Assembly: GCA_963658575.1 (NCBI GenBank)
Contig: CAVKQB010000005.1
Location: 179-64,178, forward strand
DNA length: 64,000 bases
Source of the DNA: Leyella stercorea
GTDB taxonomy: Bacteria; Bacteroidota; Bacteroidia; Bacteroidales; Paludibacteraceae
Reading direction: 5' to 3'
In this document: positions 27,889 through 37,648 of the stretch, piece after piece
How the letters are laid out: each line of letters begins with the position of its first letter
Numbering within the stretch: position 1 is the first letter of the stretch
Notes under the pieces: generated by a model
Seen by the model: the letters and a program-made list of their open reading frames with translations, nothing else
Told to the model about the DNA's origin: nothing
The model's database searches: none
Position numbers and translations under genes: made by a program

Positions 27889-28924
27889 ATTCGTATTGTA
27901 AATTTTTGAAAATATAATCTACAGGCGGGGTAAAGATATCTCCCTTTATGAGGCTCAATTTGTTTTTAGTGGCTGTAATAGCCAAATCCGATTGGTCGAT
28001 GCCAATCCATTTTCGTCCATTTCTTTGGGCAGCCGCCAACGTGGTACCGCTCCCACAGAAACAGTCCATCACAATACTGTCTTCATTGGAAGAGGTCTTG
28101 ATAATTAAATCCAACATCTCGGCATTTTTCTCGGTTGGGTAATTAGGATATTGTGGGTCTTTATATTCCCAAATATCCTGAACCCTTTTTCCGTCGCGCT
28201 CGTCGGCATAGATGATTTTGCGTGGATTGCCGTTCGACGACCATTCTATCAAACCGACCTTGTCCCATCTTTCCAATGTGGCGACATCTGTCCGCCAATG
28301 CCGCCCTTGCGGCGGGTAAATTCCCTTGAATGGCTGGTTGGATTTCCCGTTTTCGGTTTCGCCAGGGGCGTGAATGGGAACAGTTGTATAGCGTCGGCCG
28401 TTTCGGTCTATTTTCGGGAATAGTTTTTCCACATCTTTTTCCGTGTATTTTTCCCGTGGCTCGTTCCAAATAGGGAAAGATGTTTTGGTATAAAAAAGTA
28501 TCAAATCTTTTATATTGCCGTAACCGATTCTTTCAAAATTTTTCGGATTGCACTTTATGCGTGTAATGTCATTCCTAAAATTTTCGATGCCAAACACTTC
28601 GTCCATCATCACTTTTACATAATGGCCGATTTTGTAGTCGATATGCAGATAAACAGAGCCTTGGTCAGACAACAATTCCCGAATAAGAATCAAACGATTC
28701 CGCAAAAAATCGATAAAATCGCTCCCTTTTAACGTATCGGCATAGGCAATCTCTCCGTTGCGTGAATTGCTAATGGTCGAGGCGCGTCCGTTTGTGATAG
28801 TAAAATTGCCTCCTGTTGCAAAGGGAGGGTCGATATATACCAAATCAATCTTCCCGCCATATCCCTGTTCCAACAGATAGTTCAGCCCTGTAATGTTTTC
28901 ACTATGTATCAGTAGGTTTTTCAT
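27878..28924 (-). CDS. Type II DNA methyltransferase, beta-class (probable N6-adenine)
   Basis: 348 aa. Motif IV (IDPPFATGGNF) is near the N-terminus and motif I (DCFCGSGTTLAAA) near the C-terminus. AT-rich relative to flanking DNA. Its ATG overlaps the upstream endonuclease stop (TAATG). Confidence 0.85.
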   Translation of the reverse strand: MKNLLIHSENITGLNYLLEQGYGGKIDLVYIDPPFATGGNFTITNGRASTISNSRNGEIAYADTLKGSDFIDFLRNRLILIRELLSDQGSVYLHIDYKIGHYVKVMMDEVFGIENFRNDITRIKCNPKNFERIGYGNIKDLILFYTKTSFPIWNEPREKYTEKDVEKLFPKIDRNGRRYTTVPIHAPGETENGKSNQPFKGIYPPQGRHWRTDVATLERWDKVGLIEWSSNGNPRKIIYADERDGKRVQDIWEYKDPQYPNYPTEKNAEMLDLIIKTSSNEDSIVMDCFCGSGTTLAAAQRNGRKWIGIDQSDLAITATKNKLSLIKGDIFTPPVDYIFKNLQYEYAN

Positions 28925-29706
28925 TACAATTGATATAAAAATTCACGCAAAACCAAGGCACTCATAATATTGTATGACTTGTACGTTTCCGTTATTTCCC
29001 GATACATTTTGTTGTTGCCTTTTATGTAGAGTACACCATCGAGAATCGCTATTTTTTCCGCTTTTACACGTTTTGTTTCGACGGTCGAAATAGCATCGTT
29101 GAATTGAGCGTTTTGATGCCCTCCAAAATCAGTCAAAAACTTGGCTTCTCCAATCACATATTTTCCGTTGAAACGACCTACGAAATCAAGTCCCTTGTCT
29201 CTGTCATATCCCAACTCCTCTTTCGCAAAATCCATCATCAATTTATCGTTTCCATCGAGGATGGCATTCCCTTTTGATGAAAGGAACTTTTCCAGCCCTA
29301 CAGGTTTTATTCCTAAAGCCTTTGATTTGAGCCACTCCTTAAACATGGGACCAATTTGCCGATTGGTTTCTTTGGGTTCGCTGCAGCGTTCGTACAATTT
29401 TGACAATCCTAATTCATAAATTCTACCACAAAGACGGTTGATTGTTTCTGGATTCCTTTCGATGGCCGATTTATCTCTCTTTAAGTAAGCAACATAACTA
29501 TCTTTTATGGGAAACAAATCCAATTCCAATAGGGAGCGTATCAGTTGAACATTGTTTTTTTGTTTGAACGCTTTTTCCACATTTCCCCAAACATTACCGT
29601 TTATATCCCTTATCCCTTCTGGAATGGTAGGATATACGCGGAATAGGTCGTCCAAATAAGAACGTTGATTGGCGTATTCGATGCTGAGTTTTGTCCACTT
29701 TTTCAT
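28924..29706 (-). CDS. putative Type II restriction endonuclease (PD-(D/E)xK-like)
   Basis: 260 aa from the ATG at 29706 (MKKWTKLSIEY...). It has a candidate D...E-x-K motif (LDFVGRF...VIGEAKF), is translationally coupled to the methylase, and has AT-rich composition. The family was not identified. Confidence 0.6.
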   Translation of the reverse strand: MKKWTKLSIEYANQRSYLDDLFRVYPTIPEGIRDINGNVWGNVEKAFKQKNNVQLIRSLLELDLFPIKDSYVAYLKRDKSAIERNPETINRLCGRIYELGLSKLYERCSEPKETNRQIGPMFKEWLKSKALGIKPVGLEKFLSSKGNAILDGNDKLMMDFAKEELGYDRDKGLDFVGRFNGKYVIGEAKFLTDFGGHQNAQFNDAISTVETKRVKAEKIAILDGVLYIKGNNKMYREITETYKSYNIMSALVLREFLYQL

Positions 29707-29726
29707 ATCGTTCAAGTTTTTTTGGA

Positions 29727-30077
29727 TTATTCTATTACGACCTCTTCGTCGAAGGCATCGTTGTCGTTGAGTTCGTGGCGGAAGTCGGCGAGTTCGCGGC
29801 GCAGTGCTTCGAGCGTGTCGCGCAGTTTTTGTTTGCGTTCCACATCGCTTTTGTTTGTAGCGAGCCGCTCTTTTGCGCCCGAAATGGTCAGTTTTTGGTC
29901 GTTCAGCAGAAATTGAATCAGTTTCACCGTTTCGATATCGGCGGGACTGTAGTAGCGGCGGCCGTTGGTGCGCTTGGGGTTGAGTTGCGAAAATTCCTTT
30001 TCCCAATAGCGCAAAGTCGAGGCGTTCACGCCGAACTGCTCGGCCACTTCGTTGATGGAGTAATAGGCTTTTTCCAT
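29727..30077 (-). CDS. MerR-family transcriptional regulator
   Basis: The sequence YSINEVAEQFGVNASTLRYWEKEF...RTNGRRYYSPADI is a MerR HTH, followed by a C-terminal coiled coil. The start was taken at MEKAYYS. Composition matches the host. Confidence 0.8.
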   Translation of the reverse strand: MEKAYYSINEVAEQFGVNASTLRYWEKEFSQLNPKRTNGRRYYSPADIETVKLIQFLLNDQKLTISGAKERLATNKSDVERKQKLRDTLEALRRELADFRHELNDNDAFDEEVVIE

Positions 30078-30126
30078 GGATTTTTTTAATTCCCCGATAG
30101 GGAAACGCAACTTTCACATTTTTTAC

Positions 30127-31383
30127 TTATCTGTAGATTTTCAGGCGTTGTCCGATGCGAATCATCGAGCCGCGCAGACCGTTCCAGCGTTTTATTTGGT
30201 TCACGGTGCAGTGGTAGCGTGCTGCGATGCCGCCGAGCGTGTCGCCCGAACGCACTTTGTAGTAGATCAGTCGGCCGTCGCCCGATGGGTTGTAGGAGGC
30301 AGGCTGCACTTGTGCGCGGTTGGCCACCAGTTCGGCTGCGCGATGCAGCGGTATGGTGTCGCTATTGGCTATGTAATTGCCGATTTGGTTGAGCGGCAGC
30401 ACCAGCGGATAGGGTTTGATGTTGCCCGGCACGATGTCTTGTCGGTATTGCGGATTCATAAAACGCAGTTCTTCCATCGGTATCGACAGAATGTCGGAAA
30501 CCTGTTGCAGATTGATGCGTTTGTTCACCATGATTGTGTCGGTGGCTACCGTTATTGTCGGCTCCACGGGGCACATGTTGTGCCGATTGTAGTAGTTCAT
30601 CACATAGTTGGCCGCGATGAAAATGGGTACGTAGCCCCGCGTTTCGCTCGGCAGGTAGGGATAGATTTGCCAATAGTCTTTTTTGCCGCCGCCGGCGTAG
30701 CGTGTTGCTTTGGCCACGTTGCCTGGGCCGCAGTTGTAGGCGGCTATCACCAGATGCCAATCGTGATAAAGGTCGTAGAGGTCGCGCAGATAGCGTGCGG
30801 CTGCATCGGACGATTTCAGCGGGTCGCGCCGTTCGTCGACGAGGCTGTTCACTTCGAGTCCGTAGAGTCGGCCTGTGGCCACCATGAACTGCCACAATCC
30901 GGCGGCTCCGGCGCGCGATGTGGCGCGTGCATTCAGTGCCGATTCGATGACGGGCAGATATTTCAGTTCCAGCGGCACGCCGTAGCGTTCGAGCGCGGCT
31001 TCGAATATCGGGAAATAGTACGTTTCGCCCAATCCGAGCATATATTCCACTTTTTCGGGGCGTTGCAGGTAGTGTTCGATGGAGCGTTTCACGATGTCGT
31101 TGAACGGCATCTCCATGATGTAAGGCAATTTTTGCAGCCGTTCGATGTACTCTTCGTTGCTGGCCAAGACGAGGCCTGTGTCTTTGTGGCACTCGCCCAT
31201 TTTGGCGTTTTGCAGATACCAATTGTGTACTATTTCGTCGAGTTCTTCGTCGAAATCGGAGGGAATGACGATGGTGGTATCCTGCGTAGTGGCCGTGCGC
31301 ACCGAGTCGGTCGGTGTTTCGCCGGCAAACGCCACGGCGCAAGGCAACGCCGCCATTAGAATCGCTAAAATTTTACTATTCAT
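30127..31383 (-). CDS. lytic transglycosylase (MltD-like) with C-terminal LysM domain
   Basis: Signal peptide, SLT catalytic region (ESALNARATSRAGAAGLWQFM) and a LysM domain (YYKVRSGDTLGGIAARYHCTVNQIKRWNGL). Confidence 0.85.
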   Translation of the reverse strand: MNSKILAILMAALPCAVAFAGETPTDSVRTATTQDTTIVIPSDFDEELDEIVHNWYLQNAKMGECHKDTGLVLASNEEYIERLQKLPYIMEMPFNDIVKRSIEHYLQRPEKVEYMLGLGETYYFPIFEAALERYGVPLELKYLPVIESALNARATSRAGAAGLWQFMVATGRLYGLEVNSLVDERRDPLKSSDAAARYLRDLYDLYHDWHLVIAAYNCGPGNVAKATRYAGGGKKDYWQIYPYLPSETRGYVPIFIAANYVMNYYNRHNMCPVEPTITVATDTIMVNKRINLQQVSDILSIPMEELRFMNPQYRQDIVPGNIKPYPLVLPLNQIGNYIANSDTIPLHRAAELVANRAQVQPASYNPSGDGRLIYYKVRSGDTLGGIAARYHCTVNQIKRWNGLRGSMIRIGQRLKIYR

Positions 31384-31514
31384 TCGTTTTCAGTGGATTT
31401 CGATGAATGGCTTTGTAGTGAATTTTGACTGAACGAAAGCGTACACAAGTATTCAGAAATCCGTCATTTGTTAAATTTATTACGAAACGGGAATTTTGGA
31501 AATCCCTTATCTTT

Positions 31515-32564
31515 TTACAAACTCATTTCGCCACGCAATGGTGTGCGCATCAACTCTTTGATGCGATTGCCGTCGGTCTGTTGCCCGAGCAGATACATCA
31601 GTTTGGCGACGGCGGCTTCGGTTGTCATGTCGTTGCCGCTCACTACGCCAGCGCGTTGCAGGTTGAGGCTTGTCTCGTATCGCCCCATCTCTACGCTGCC
31701 GGCGCGGCACTGCGTGATGTTCACCACCACAATGCCTCGGTCTGTCGCCTTTTTGAGCAGCAGATAGAGCCATTCGCCGCTTGGGGCGTTGCCTGCGCCG
31801 AAACTTTCGAGCACCACGGCGCGCAGCCCGTCGATAGACAGAATGGCATCGACTGTCGCTGGGCTGATGCCTGGAAACAGTTTGAGTATGGCGATGTGCG
31901 TGTCGAGCGTGGTTTGTATGCCGAACTTTTGCGGCGTGTTTGCGCGGTGAATGGCGTTGGCGGCATAGCGAATGTGAACGCCCGTCTTGGCCAGTTCGGG
32001 ATAGTTGAACGAGGCGAAGGCGTTGAATTCTTCGGTATTGCGTTTTGTGGTGCGGTTGCCGCGCATCAGTTTGTCTTCGAAAAAGAGGCAGACCTCTGGC
32101 ACGCACGCGCGTCCGTGCTCGTCCTTGGCGGCGGCAAGTTCGATGGAGGTAATCAGATTTTCTTTGGCATCGCTGCGCAAAACGCCCACAGGCAGTTGCG
32201 CGCCGGTGAAGATGACGGGCTTGGTCAGATGTTCGAGCATGAAACTGAGTGCCGATGCCGAGTAAGCCATCGTATCGGTGCCGTGTAGCACGACGAAGCC
32301 GTCGAAGCGGTCGTAGTTGTCGCGTATGGTTTCGGCTATGCGCACCCACGCATCGGGCTGCATGTCCGACGAGTCGATGAGCGGGCAGAACGACACCGAC
32401 GAAATATCGACGTGCAACATCTTCAGTTCTGGAATCAGGCTCAATATGCGGTCGCTGTCGAGCGGTGCGAGTGCCTGCGTCGACGGATTTTCGCCCATGC
32501 TGATGGTGCCGCCCGTGAAAATCAGCAGGACGGCACTGTGTGCGCTATCGTTCGTTGGAGTCAT
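31515..32564 (-). CDS. ansA: L-asparaginase, type I
   Basis: Motifs VLLIFTGGTISM and VVLHGTDTM. The start is the ATG that overlaps the glmS stop (ATGA). The 388-aa ORF-track version is over-extended. Confidence 0.85.
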   Translation of the reverse strand: MTPTNDSAHSAVLLIFTGGTISMGENPSTQALAPLDSDRILSLIPELKMLHVDISSVSFCPLIDSSDMQPDAWVRIAETIRDNYDRFDGFVVLHGTDTMAYSASALSFMLEHLTKPVIFTGAQLPVGVLRSDAKENLITSIELAAAKDEHGRACVPEVCLFFEDKLMRGNRTTKRNTEEFNAFASFNYPELAKTGVHIRYAANAIHRANTPQKFGIQTTLDTHIAILKLFPGISPATVDAILSIDGLRAVVLESFGAGNAPSGEWLYLLLKKATDRGIVVVNITQCRAGSVEMGRYETSLNLQRAGVVSGNDMTTEAAVAKLMYLLGQQTDGNRIKELMRTPLRGEMSL

Positions 32565-34405
32565 TCTACGGTTACAGATTTTGCCAAATTGCGCGGTTGG
32601 TCTACGTCGCAGCCCTTGACTACCGCAATGTGGTAGGCCAACAATTGCAACGGCACCACGGCCAATAGCGGCGCAAGGCACTCTTCGGTTTTCGGAATGG
32701 TGATGGTGTAGTCCGACATCTTTTTCACAATCTCGTCGCCTTCGGTAACGATGGAGATGATGCGACCTTTGCGCGCTTTCACCTCTTGAATGTTGCTCAC
32801 CACCTTCTCGTAAGTGCTGCAGTGCGGCGCGATGACCACCACGGGCATCTCTTGCGAAATGAGTGCGATGGGACCGTGTTTCATCTCGGCGGCGGGATAG
32901 CCTTCGGCGTGTATGTAACTGATTTCCTTCAGTTTGAGTGCGCCTTCCAACGCCACGGGATAGTTGTAGCCACGCCCAAGGTAGATGAAGTTTTGCGCAT
33001 AGGTGAACGTCTTGGCAAACTCGGCGATGTGGTCGTTTTGTTTCAAGATTTCGGCGATTTTATCGGGGATTTTGCTGAGTTCCGACACTATTTGCAGGTA
33101 GCGCGCCTCGTCGAGTGTGCCTTTGGCGCGACCAATCATCAGTGCAAGCATGGTGAGCACCGTAACTTGCGCCGTAAACGCCTTGGTCGATGCCACGCCA
33201 ATTTCGGGGCCGACGTGCGTGTAGCAGCCGCTGTGCGCTGCCCGTGGAATGCTGGCACCAACCACATTGCAGATGCCAAAAATGAATGCGCCGTACGATT
33301 TTGCCAACTCGATGGCGGCCAGCGTGTCGGCGGTTTCACCCGATTGCGAGATGGCAATCACCACATCGTCCTTGCTGATGACGGGCTTGCGGTAGCGGAA
33401 CTCCGACGAGTATTCCACCTCCACCGGAATGCGCGCAAACTCTTCGATGGCATACATGCCGATGAGTCCGGCATGCCACGAGGTGCCGCACGCTGTGATG
33501 ATGATGCGCTTGGCGTTGAGAAAACGCTCTTTGTTGTCGATGAATCCAGCGATGGTTACGTTGTTTCTGTCCACATTTACACGACCGCGCATACTTGCAG
33601 CCAGCGTGGTGGGCTGTTCGAAAATCTCTTTGAGCATGAAGTGCGGATAGCCGCCCTTTTCGAGTTGCGAAAGCGTCAGTTCGAGCCGTTTGATTTCGGG
33701 CGTTTTCTGCACGTTGCCAATGGTGGTGATGTCGAGTTTTTTGCCGCGCTCGATGGCAACCACCTCTTCGTCGTCGATATAGACCACTTTGTCGGTATAC
33801 TCCACGATGGGCGTAGCGTCGGAAGCGAGAAAATACTCATCGTCGCCGATGCCAACTACCAGCGGACTGCCTTTGCGCGCCGCCACGATGATGTTGGGAT
33901 TTGAGCGGTCGAGCACAGCGATGGCATACGCTCCCACAACCTGATTCAGCGCGAGTTGAACGGCGGTTTTCAGACTTACATTGTCGGTGCGTTTGGTGTA
34001 TTCTATCAGTTGCACAAGCACTTCGGTGTCGGTGTCGCTCTTGAACGTGTAGCCGTGTTGCTGCAAGCCTTGTTTCAGTACGGCATAATTTTCGATGATG
34101 CCGTTGTGTATAATCGCCAACTCTTCCGATTCGGAGTAGTGCGGGTGTGCGTTCACGGTGTTCGGCTCGCCGTGCGTAGCCCAGCGCGTGTGCGCTATGC
34201 CGATGGTGCCGCTCACATCTTTGTCGGCGGCGAACGCCTCCAAATCCGCCACTTTTCCTTTGGTTTTGTACACACTCAGTTTCCCTTGCGGATTGATGAG
34301 CGCCACGCCGGCACTGTCGTAGCCGCGGTATTCGAGGCGGTGCAAGCCTTTGATAAGAACTGGGTAAGCATCGCGCTTACCGACATAACCAACTATTCCA
34401 CACAT
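32561..34405 (-). CDS. glmS: glutamine--fructose-6-phosphate aminotransferase
   Basis: 614 aa. It starts MCGIVGYVG (N-terminal nucleophile Cys), contains two SIS domains, and ends ...KSVTVE. Confidence 0.97.
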   Translation of the reverse strand: MCGIVGYVGKRDAYPVLIKGLHRLEYRGYDSAGVALINPQGKLSVYKTKGKVADLEAFAADKDVSGTIGIAHTRWATHGEPNTVNAHPHYSESEELAIIHNGIIENYAVLKQGLQQHGYTFKSDTDTEVLVQLIEYTKRTDNVSLKTAVQLALNQVVGAYAIAVLDRSNPNIIVAARKGSPLVVGIGDDEYFLASDATPIVEYTDKVVYIDDEEVVAIERGKKLDITTIGNVQKTPEIKRLELTLSQLEKGGYPHFMLKEIFEQPTTLAASMRGRVNVDRNNVTIAGFIDNKERFLNAKRIIITACGTSWHAGLIGMYAIEEFARIPVEVEYSSEFRYRKPVISKDDVVIAISQSGETADTLAAIELAKSYGAFIFGICNVVGASIPRAAHSGCYTHVGPEIGVASTKAFTAQVTVLTMLALMIGRAKGTLDEARYLQIVSELSKIPDKIAEILKQNDHIAEFAKTFTYAQNFIYLGRGYNYPVALEGALKLKEISYIHAEGYPAAEMKHGPIALISQEMPVVVIAPHCSTYEKVVSNIQEVKARKGRIISIVTEGDEIVKKMSDYTITIPKTEECLAPLLAVVPLQLLAYHIAVVKGCDVDQPRNLAKSVTVE

Positions 34406-34531
34406 AGTTTTGTCAGTTTTTTAGTGTATTTTTAACGTGCAAAGTTCGCACTTTTTCGTCAAAAAAGCAATATGTTGTGCGCAGTTTTCGCTTTTTTCGC
34501 ATCGATGGCGCAACATTCGCAAAAGTTTGAG

Positions 34532-34539
34532 TAATTTTG
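34532..34539 (+). promoter_or_regulatory. candidate -7 box (TAATTTTG) for ribD
   Basis: Exact TAnnTTTG match 22 nt upstream of the ribD ATG. No convincing -33 element was seen. Confidence 0.35.
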
Positions 34540-34561
34540 TCCGACTTTTTATCGTTCCGAA

Positions 34562-35608
34562 ATGCCCAACGACGAACTCTACATGCGCCGCTGCCTGCAA
34601 TTAGCGCAACAAGCCGAAGGCGAAACTGCCCCCAACCCGATGGTCGGCGCGGTTTTGGTGTGCGACGGCACAATCATTGGCGAGGGCTACCACCACCGTT
34701 GTGGGCTGCCCCATGCCGAGGTGAACGCCATCGCATCGGTACAAAAGCCCGAACTGCTGCCGCAATCGACGCTCTACGTCAATCTCGAGCCCTGTTCGCA
34801 CTACGGCAAAACGCCGCCATGCGCCAAACTCATCATCGAAAAGGGCATTCCGCGCGTGGTGGTGGGCATGGGCGACCCCAACGAAAAAGTGAACGGACGC
34901 GGCATCGCCATGTTGCGCGAGGCTGGCATCGAGGTAACGGAACACGTTTTGGAGAGCGAATGTCGCTGGTTGAATCGGCGTTTCGTAACGTTTCACACGC
35001 AAAAAAGGCCGTATATTCTGCTCAAATGGGCGCAAACGGCCGACGGTTTCATCGACACAATCCGAGAGAATGCCGACACGCCGCCGCTGCGCATCTCGAA
35101 CGAAGTTACCAAAACGCTCAATCATCAAATTCGCTCGGTAGAATCGGCTATTTTGGTGGGTACCAACACCGTTTTGCTCGACAATCCACACCTCACGTCG
35201 CGCAAGTGGAGCACCCGAAATCCTGTGCGCATGGCCATCGACCGCCAACGGCGCATTCCGGCCAACTACAAACTGCTCGACGACAGCACGAAAACCGTGA
35301 TTTTTACCGATGAAAACGCCCAAATCGGACAAAATACCACGTTCGTGAAAATCTATTTTTCGCACGACATTGTGCCGCAGATTTTGGACTATCTCTACCA
35401 AAACGAACTGCAATCGGTGATAGTCGAAGGCGGCCGGCAATTGCTGCAAGCCTTTATCGACGACGACCTGTGGGACGAGGCGCGCGTCGAAACGTCGCCC
35501 AGCGTCATCGGTTGCGGCGTGAATGCTCCAAAATTCCCGATGAAACCGTGCAAAACCGAATTTTTCGGACAAAATAAAATGGAGCACTTTTTTCGTAAAA
35601 CGAATTAG
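34562..35608 (+). CDS. ribD: bifunctional riboflavin biosynthesis deaminase/reductase RibD
   Basis: 348 aa with the CMP/dCMP deaminase zinc motifs (GLPHAEVNAI...LEPCSHYGKTPPC), followed by the reductase domain. Confidence 0.92.
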   Translation: MPNDELYMRRCLQLAQQAEGETAPNPMVGAVLVCDGTIIGEGYHHRCGLPHAEVNAIASVQKPELLPQSTLYVNLEPCSHYGKTPPCAKLIIEKGIPRVVVGMGDPNEKVNGRGIAMLREAGIEVTEHVLESECRWLNRRFVTFHTQKRPYILLKWAQTADGFIDTIRENADTPPLRISNEVTKTLNHQIRSVESAILVGTNTVLLDNPHLTSRKWSTRNPVRMAIDRQRRIPANYKLLDDSTKTVIFTDENAQIGQNTTFVKIYFSHDIVPQILDYLYQNELQSVIVEGGRQLLQAFIDDDLWDEARVETSPSVIGCGVNAPKFPMKPCKTEFFGQNKMEHFFRKTN

Positions 35609-35669
35609 TCGTAAGCCGTAAATAACACACTAAATAATCTTCAAATTTTCAAATCTTCAAACAATCACC

Positions 35670-36434
35670 ATGCTATTCCCCGAACCCGTTTTTGGACCGA
35701 TACATAGCCGCCGTTTGGGCGCGTCGCTGGGCGTGAATCTGTTGCCTCCCAACGCCAAAGTCTGTTCGTTCGAGTGTGTCTATTGCGAGTGCGGTTTTGC
35801 CACAGCACACGGCGAAGCGCGCATTCCGTCGCGGCACGACATACGCGAAAAACTCGAAGCAAAACTGCGCGATTTGGCCGCTGCCAATGCGCCCGTCGAT
35901 GTTATCACGTTTGCGGGCAACGGCGAACCGACTCTGCACCCACATTTCGGCGAAATAATCGACGATACCATCGCTCTGCGCAACCGCTACTATCCGTCGG
36001 CCAAGGTGAGCGTGCTGTCGAATGCCACGCGTATACACCGTCCCAGCGTGCGTGCAGCGTTGCTCAAGGTGGACAACAACATTCTGAAACTCGATTCGGC
36101 CATCGAAGCCACCGCGCAACTGATAAACCAACCGCGTAATCCCGATTTTTCGATAGCGAAAATCGTCGATGAAATCGCGACTTTCGACAATGCCGTGGTG
36201 CAAACGCTGTTCTTCACAGGCGACTACAAAGGGCAGCACATCGACAACACGACAGAGCCCGAAATTGCGGCTTGGCTCGATGCGTTGCGCAAAATCAATC
36301 CGCGGCAAGTGATGATTTACTCGCTCGACCGCGCCACGCCCGTCGAAAATCTGAAAAAAGCCTCTCAAGCGACCCTCGATGCCATCGCTGCGCGCGTGCA
36401 GGCGTTGGGCTACGACACGCTGGTGGCGCAATAA
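35670..36434 (+). CDS. radical SAM protein
   Basis: 254 aa with the CxxxCxxC cluster CSFECVYCECG near the N-terminus. Confidence 0.75.
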   Translation: MLFPEPVFGPIHSRRLGASLGVNLLPPNAKVCSFECVYCECGFATAHGEARIPSRHDIREKLEAKLRDLAAANAPVDVITFAGNGEPTLHPHFGEIIDDTIALRNRYYPSAKVSVLSNATRIHRPSVRAALLKVDNNILKLDSAIEATAQLINQPRNPDFSIAKIVDEIATFDNAVVQTLFFTGDYKGQHIDNTTEPEIAAWLDALRKINPRQVMIYSLDRATPVENLKKASQATLDAIAARVQALGYDTLVAQ

Positions 36435-36445
36435 ACGCAAACAGA

Positions 36446-37444
36446 ATGAACGCGCTGCTGCCCAAAGCCATCGCCCAAGTCAAAGGCAACCGCATTTTGG
36501 TTTGCCCGCTCGATTGGGGGTTGGGACACGCTACGCGTTGTGTGCCGATAATCAACGAGTTGATGGCGGCGGGCAAGCAGGTGATTTTGGCTGCCGATGG
36601 CGCAGCGTACCAGTTTTTGCAGTGCGAATTTCCCGATGTGCCGCTCGTGCGCTTTGCTGGACTCACGGTGCGCTATTCCGCTTCGCGCTCGCAGGTGTGG
36701 GCGATGTTGGCGCAGTTGCCGAAATTTGTCGTTCAGATAGCCCGCGAACACCGTAAGTTGCAGAAAATCACTGCGATGCACAACATCGACGCGGTCATTT
36801 CCGACAACCGTTTTGGGCTTTGGACACGGCGCGCGCAGTGCATCTACATCACGCACCAACTGATGGTGAAGATGCCGCCGCATGGGCGTTTTTGGGAGAA
36901 AACCGTTTGGCGAATCCACCGGAGAATCATTCAAAAGTACGATTTTTGCTGGATTCCCGACAGCGACACCGAGCGGCTGGCTGGCGATTTGGTGCACAAA
37001 TACAAATTGCCAAAAAATGGCGTTTTCATCGGCATAATTTCACGTTTCGATGCATCAGAAAAGAGCGCAGAACCGGCGGTTTTTGCAGCCGTTGGCATCG
37101 CATCGGGACCCGAACCGCAACGCACGCGCTTCGAGGAGCAGTTGGTGCGCCTTTTGGCGGCCGAAAAGGGGCGTTGTCTTGTTGTGCGCGGCCTGCCAAA
37201 CGCGCCACACACGCCGCCAGATGTGGGCGACATCGTCTTTCGCAACCACCTGACAACCAGCGAGATGCAGCGGATTTTACAAACCACGCCACGCATCGTT
37301 TGCCGTTCGGGCTACTCCACACTGATGGATCTGCACACGCTCGGCCGCACCGCCACGCTGGTGCCAACGCCCGGGCAGACCGAGCAGGAGTATTTGGCGC
37401 AATATGCCACACGGTTTGGCTTCGACACGCTCGCCCAAGACTAA
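36446..37444 (+). CDS. glycosyltransferase (GT28/MurG-like fold)
   Basis: 332 aa from the ATG at 36446. The sequence RILVCPLDWGLGHATRCVPIINELMAAGKQVILAADG resembles the GT-B N-terminal glycine-rich region. The C-terminus has CRSGYSTLMDL...PTPGQTEQEYLA. Confidence 0.65.
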   Translation: MNALLPKAIAQVKGNRILVCPLDWGLGHATRCVPIINELMAAGKQVILAADGAAYQFLQCEFPDVPLVRFAGLTVRYSASRSQVWAMLAQLPKFVVQIAREHRKLQKITAMHNIDAVISDNRFGLWTRRAQCIYITHQLMVKMPPHGRFWEKTVWRIHRRIIQKYDFCWIPDSDTERLAGDLVHKYKLPKNGVFIGIISRFDASEKSAEPAVFAAVGIASGPEPQRTRFEEQLVRLLAAEKGRCLVVRGLPNAPHTPPDVGDIVFRNHLTTSEMQRILQTTPRIVCRSGYSTLMDLHTLGRTATLVPTPGQTEQEYLAQYATRFGFDTLAQD

Positions 37445-37648
37445 AATTTCGGAAAGTAAAAAAGTGGCGTTTTCATCGGCATTTTTTGCATATACACGTG
37501 TGCAAAATTTGGGTGAAAACGAAAAAAGTGTGCCGAAGATACTCGTTCGTCCAAAAAAATGCCTACATTTGTAGTTTGAATCGGCAGGCAAAAAACTGCG
37601 GTAAAACGGAGAGAAATTTATTTTTTTGCCGCCGCTGCTGCAAAATTT

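Noticed and set aside
28924-30117. 397-aa ORF spanning the endonuclease and MerR regions
   Set aside because: The N-terminal 137 codons are Arg-rich nonsense that overlaps the MerR gene (29727-30077) in another frame. The plausible protein starts at the ATG at 29706 (MKKWTKL...), where the AT-rich cassette composition begins.
34406-34561. FMN riboswitch upstream of ribD, or glmS ribozyme upstream of glmS
   Set aside because: The 156-nt divergent spacer is too short. It lacks the conserved FMN-aptamer core segments and any glmS-ribozyme-like structure (which is in any case a Gram-positive feature). ribD appears to have a simple promoter 22 nt upstream.
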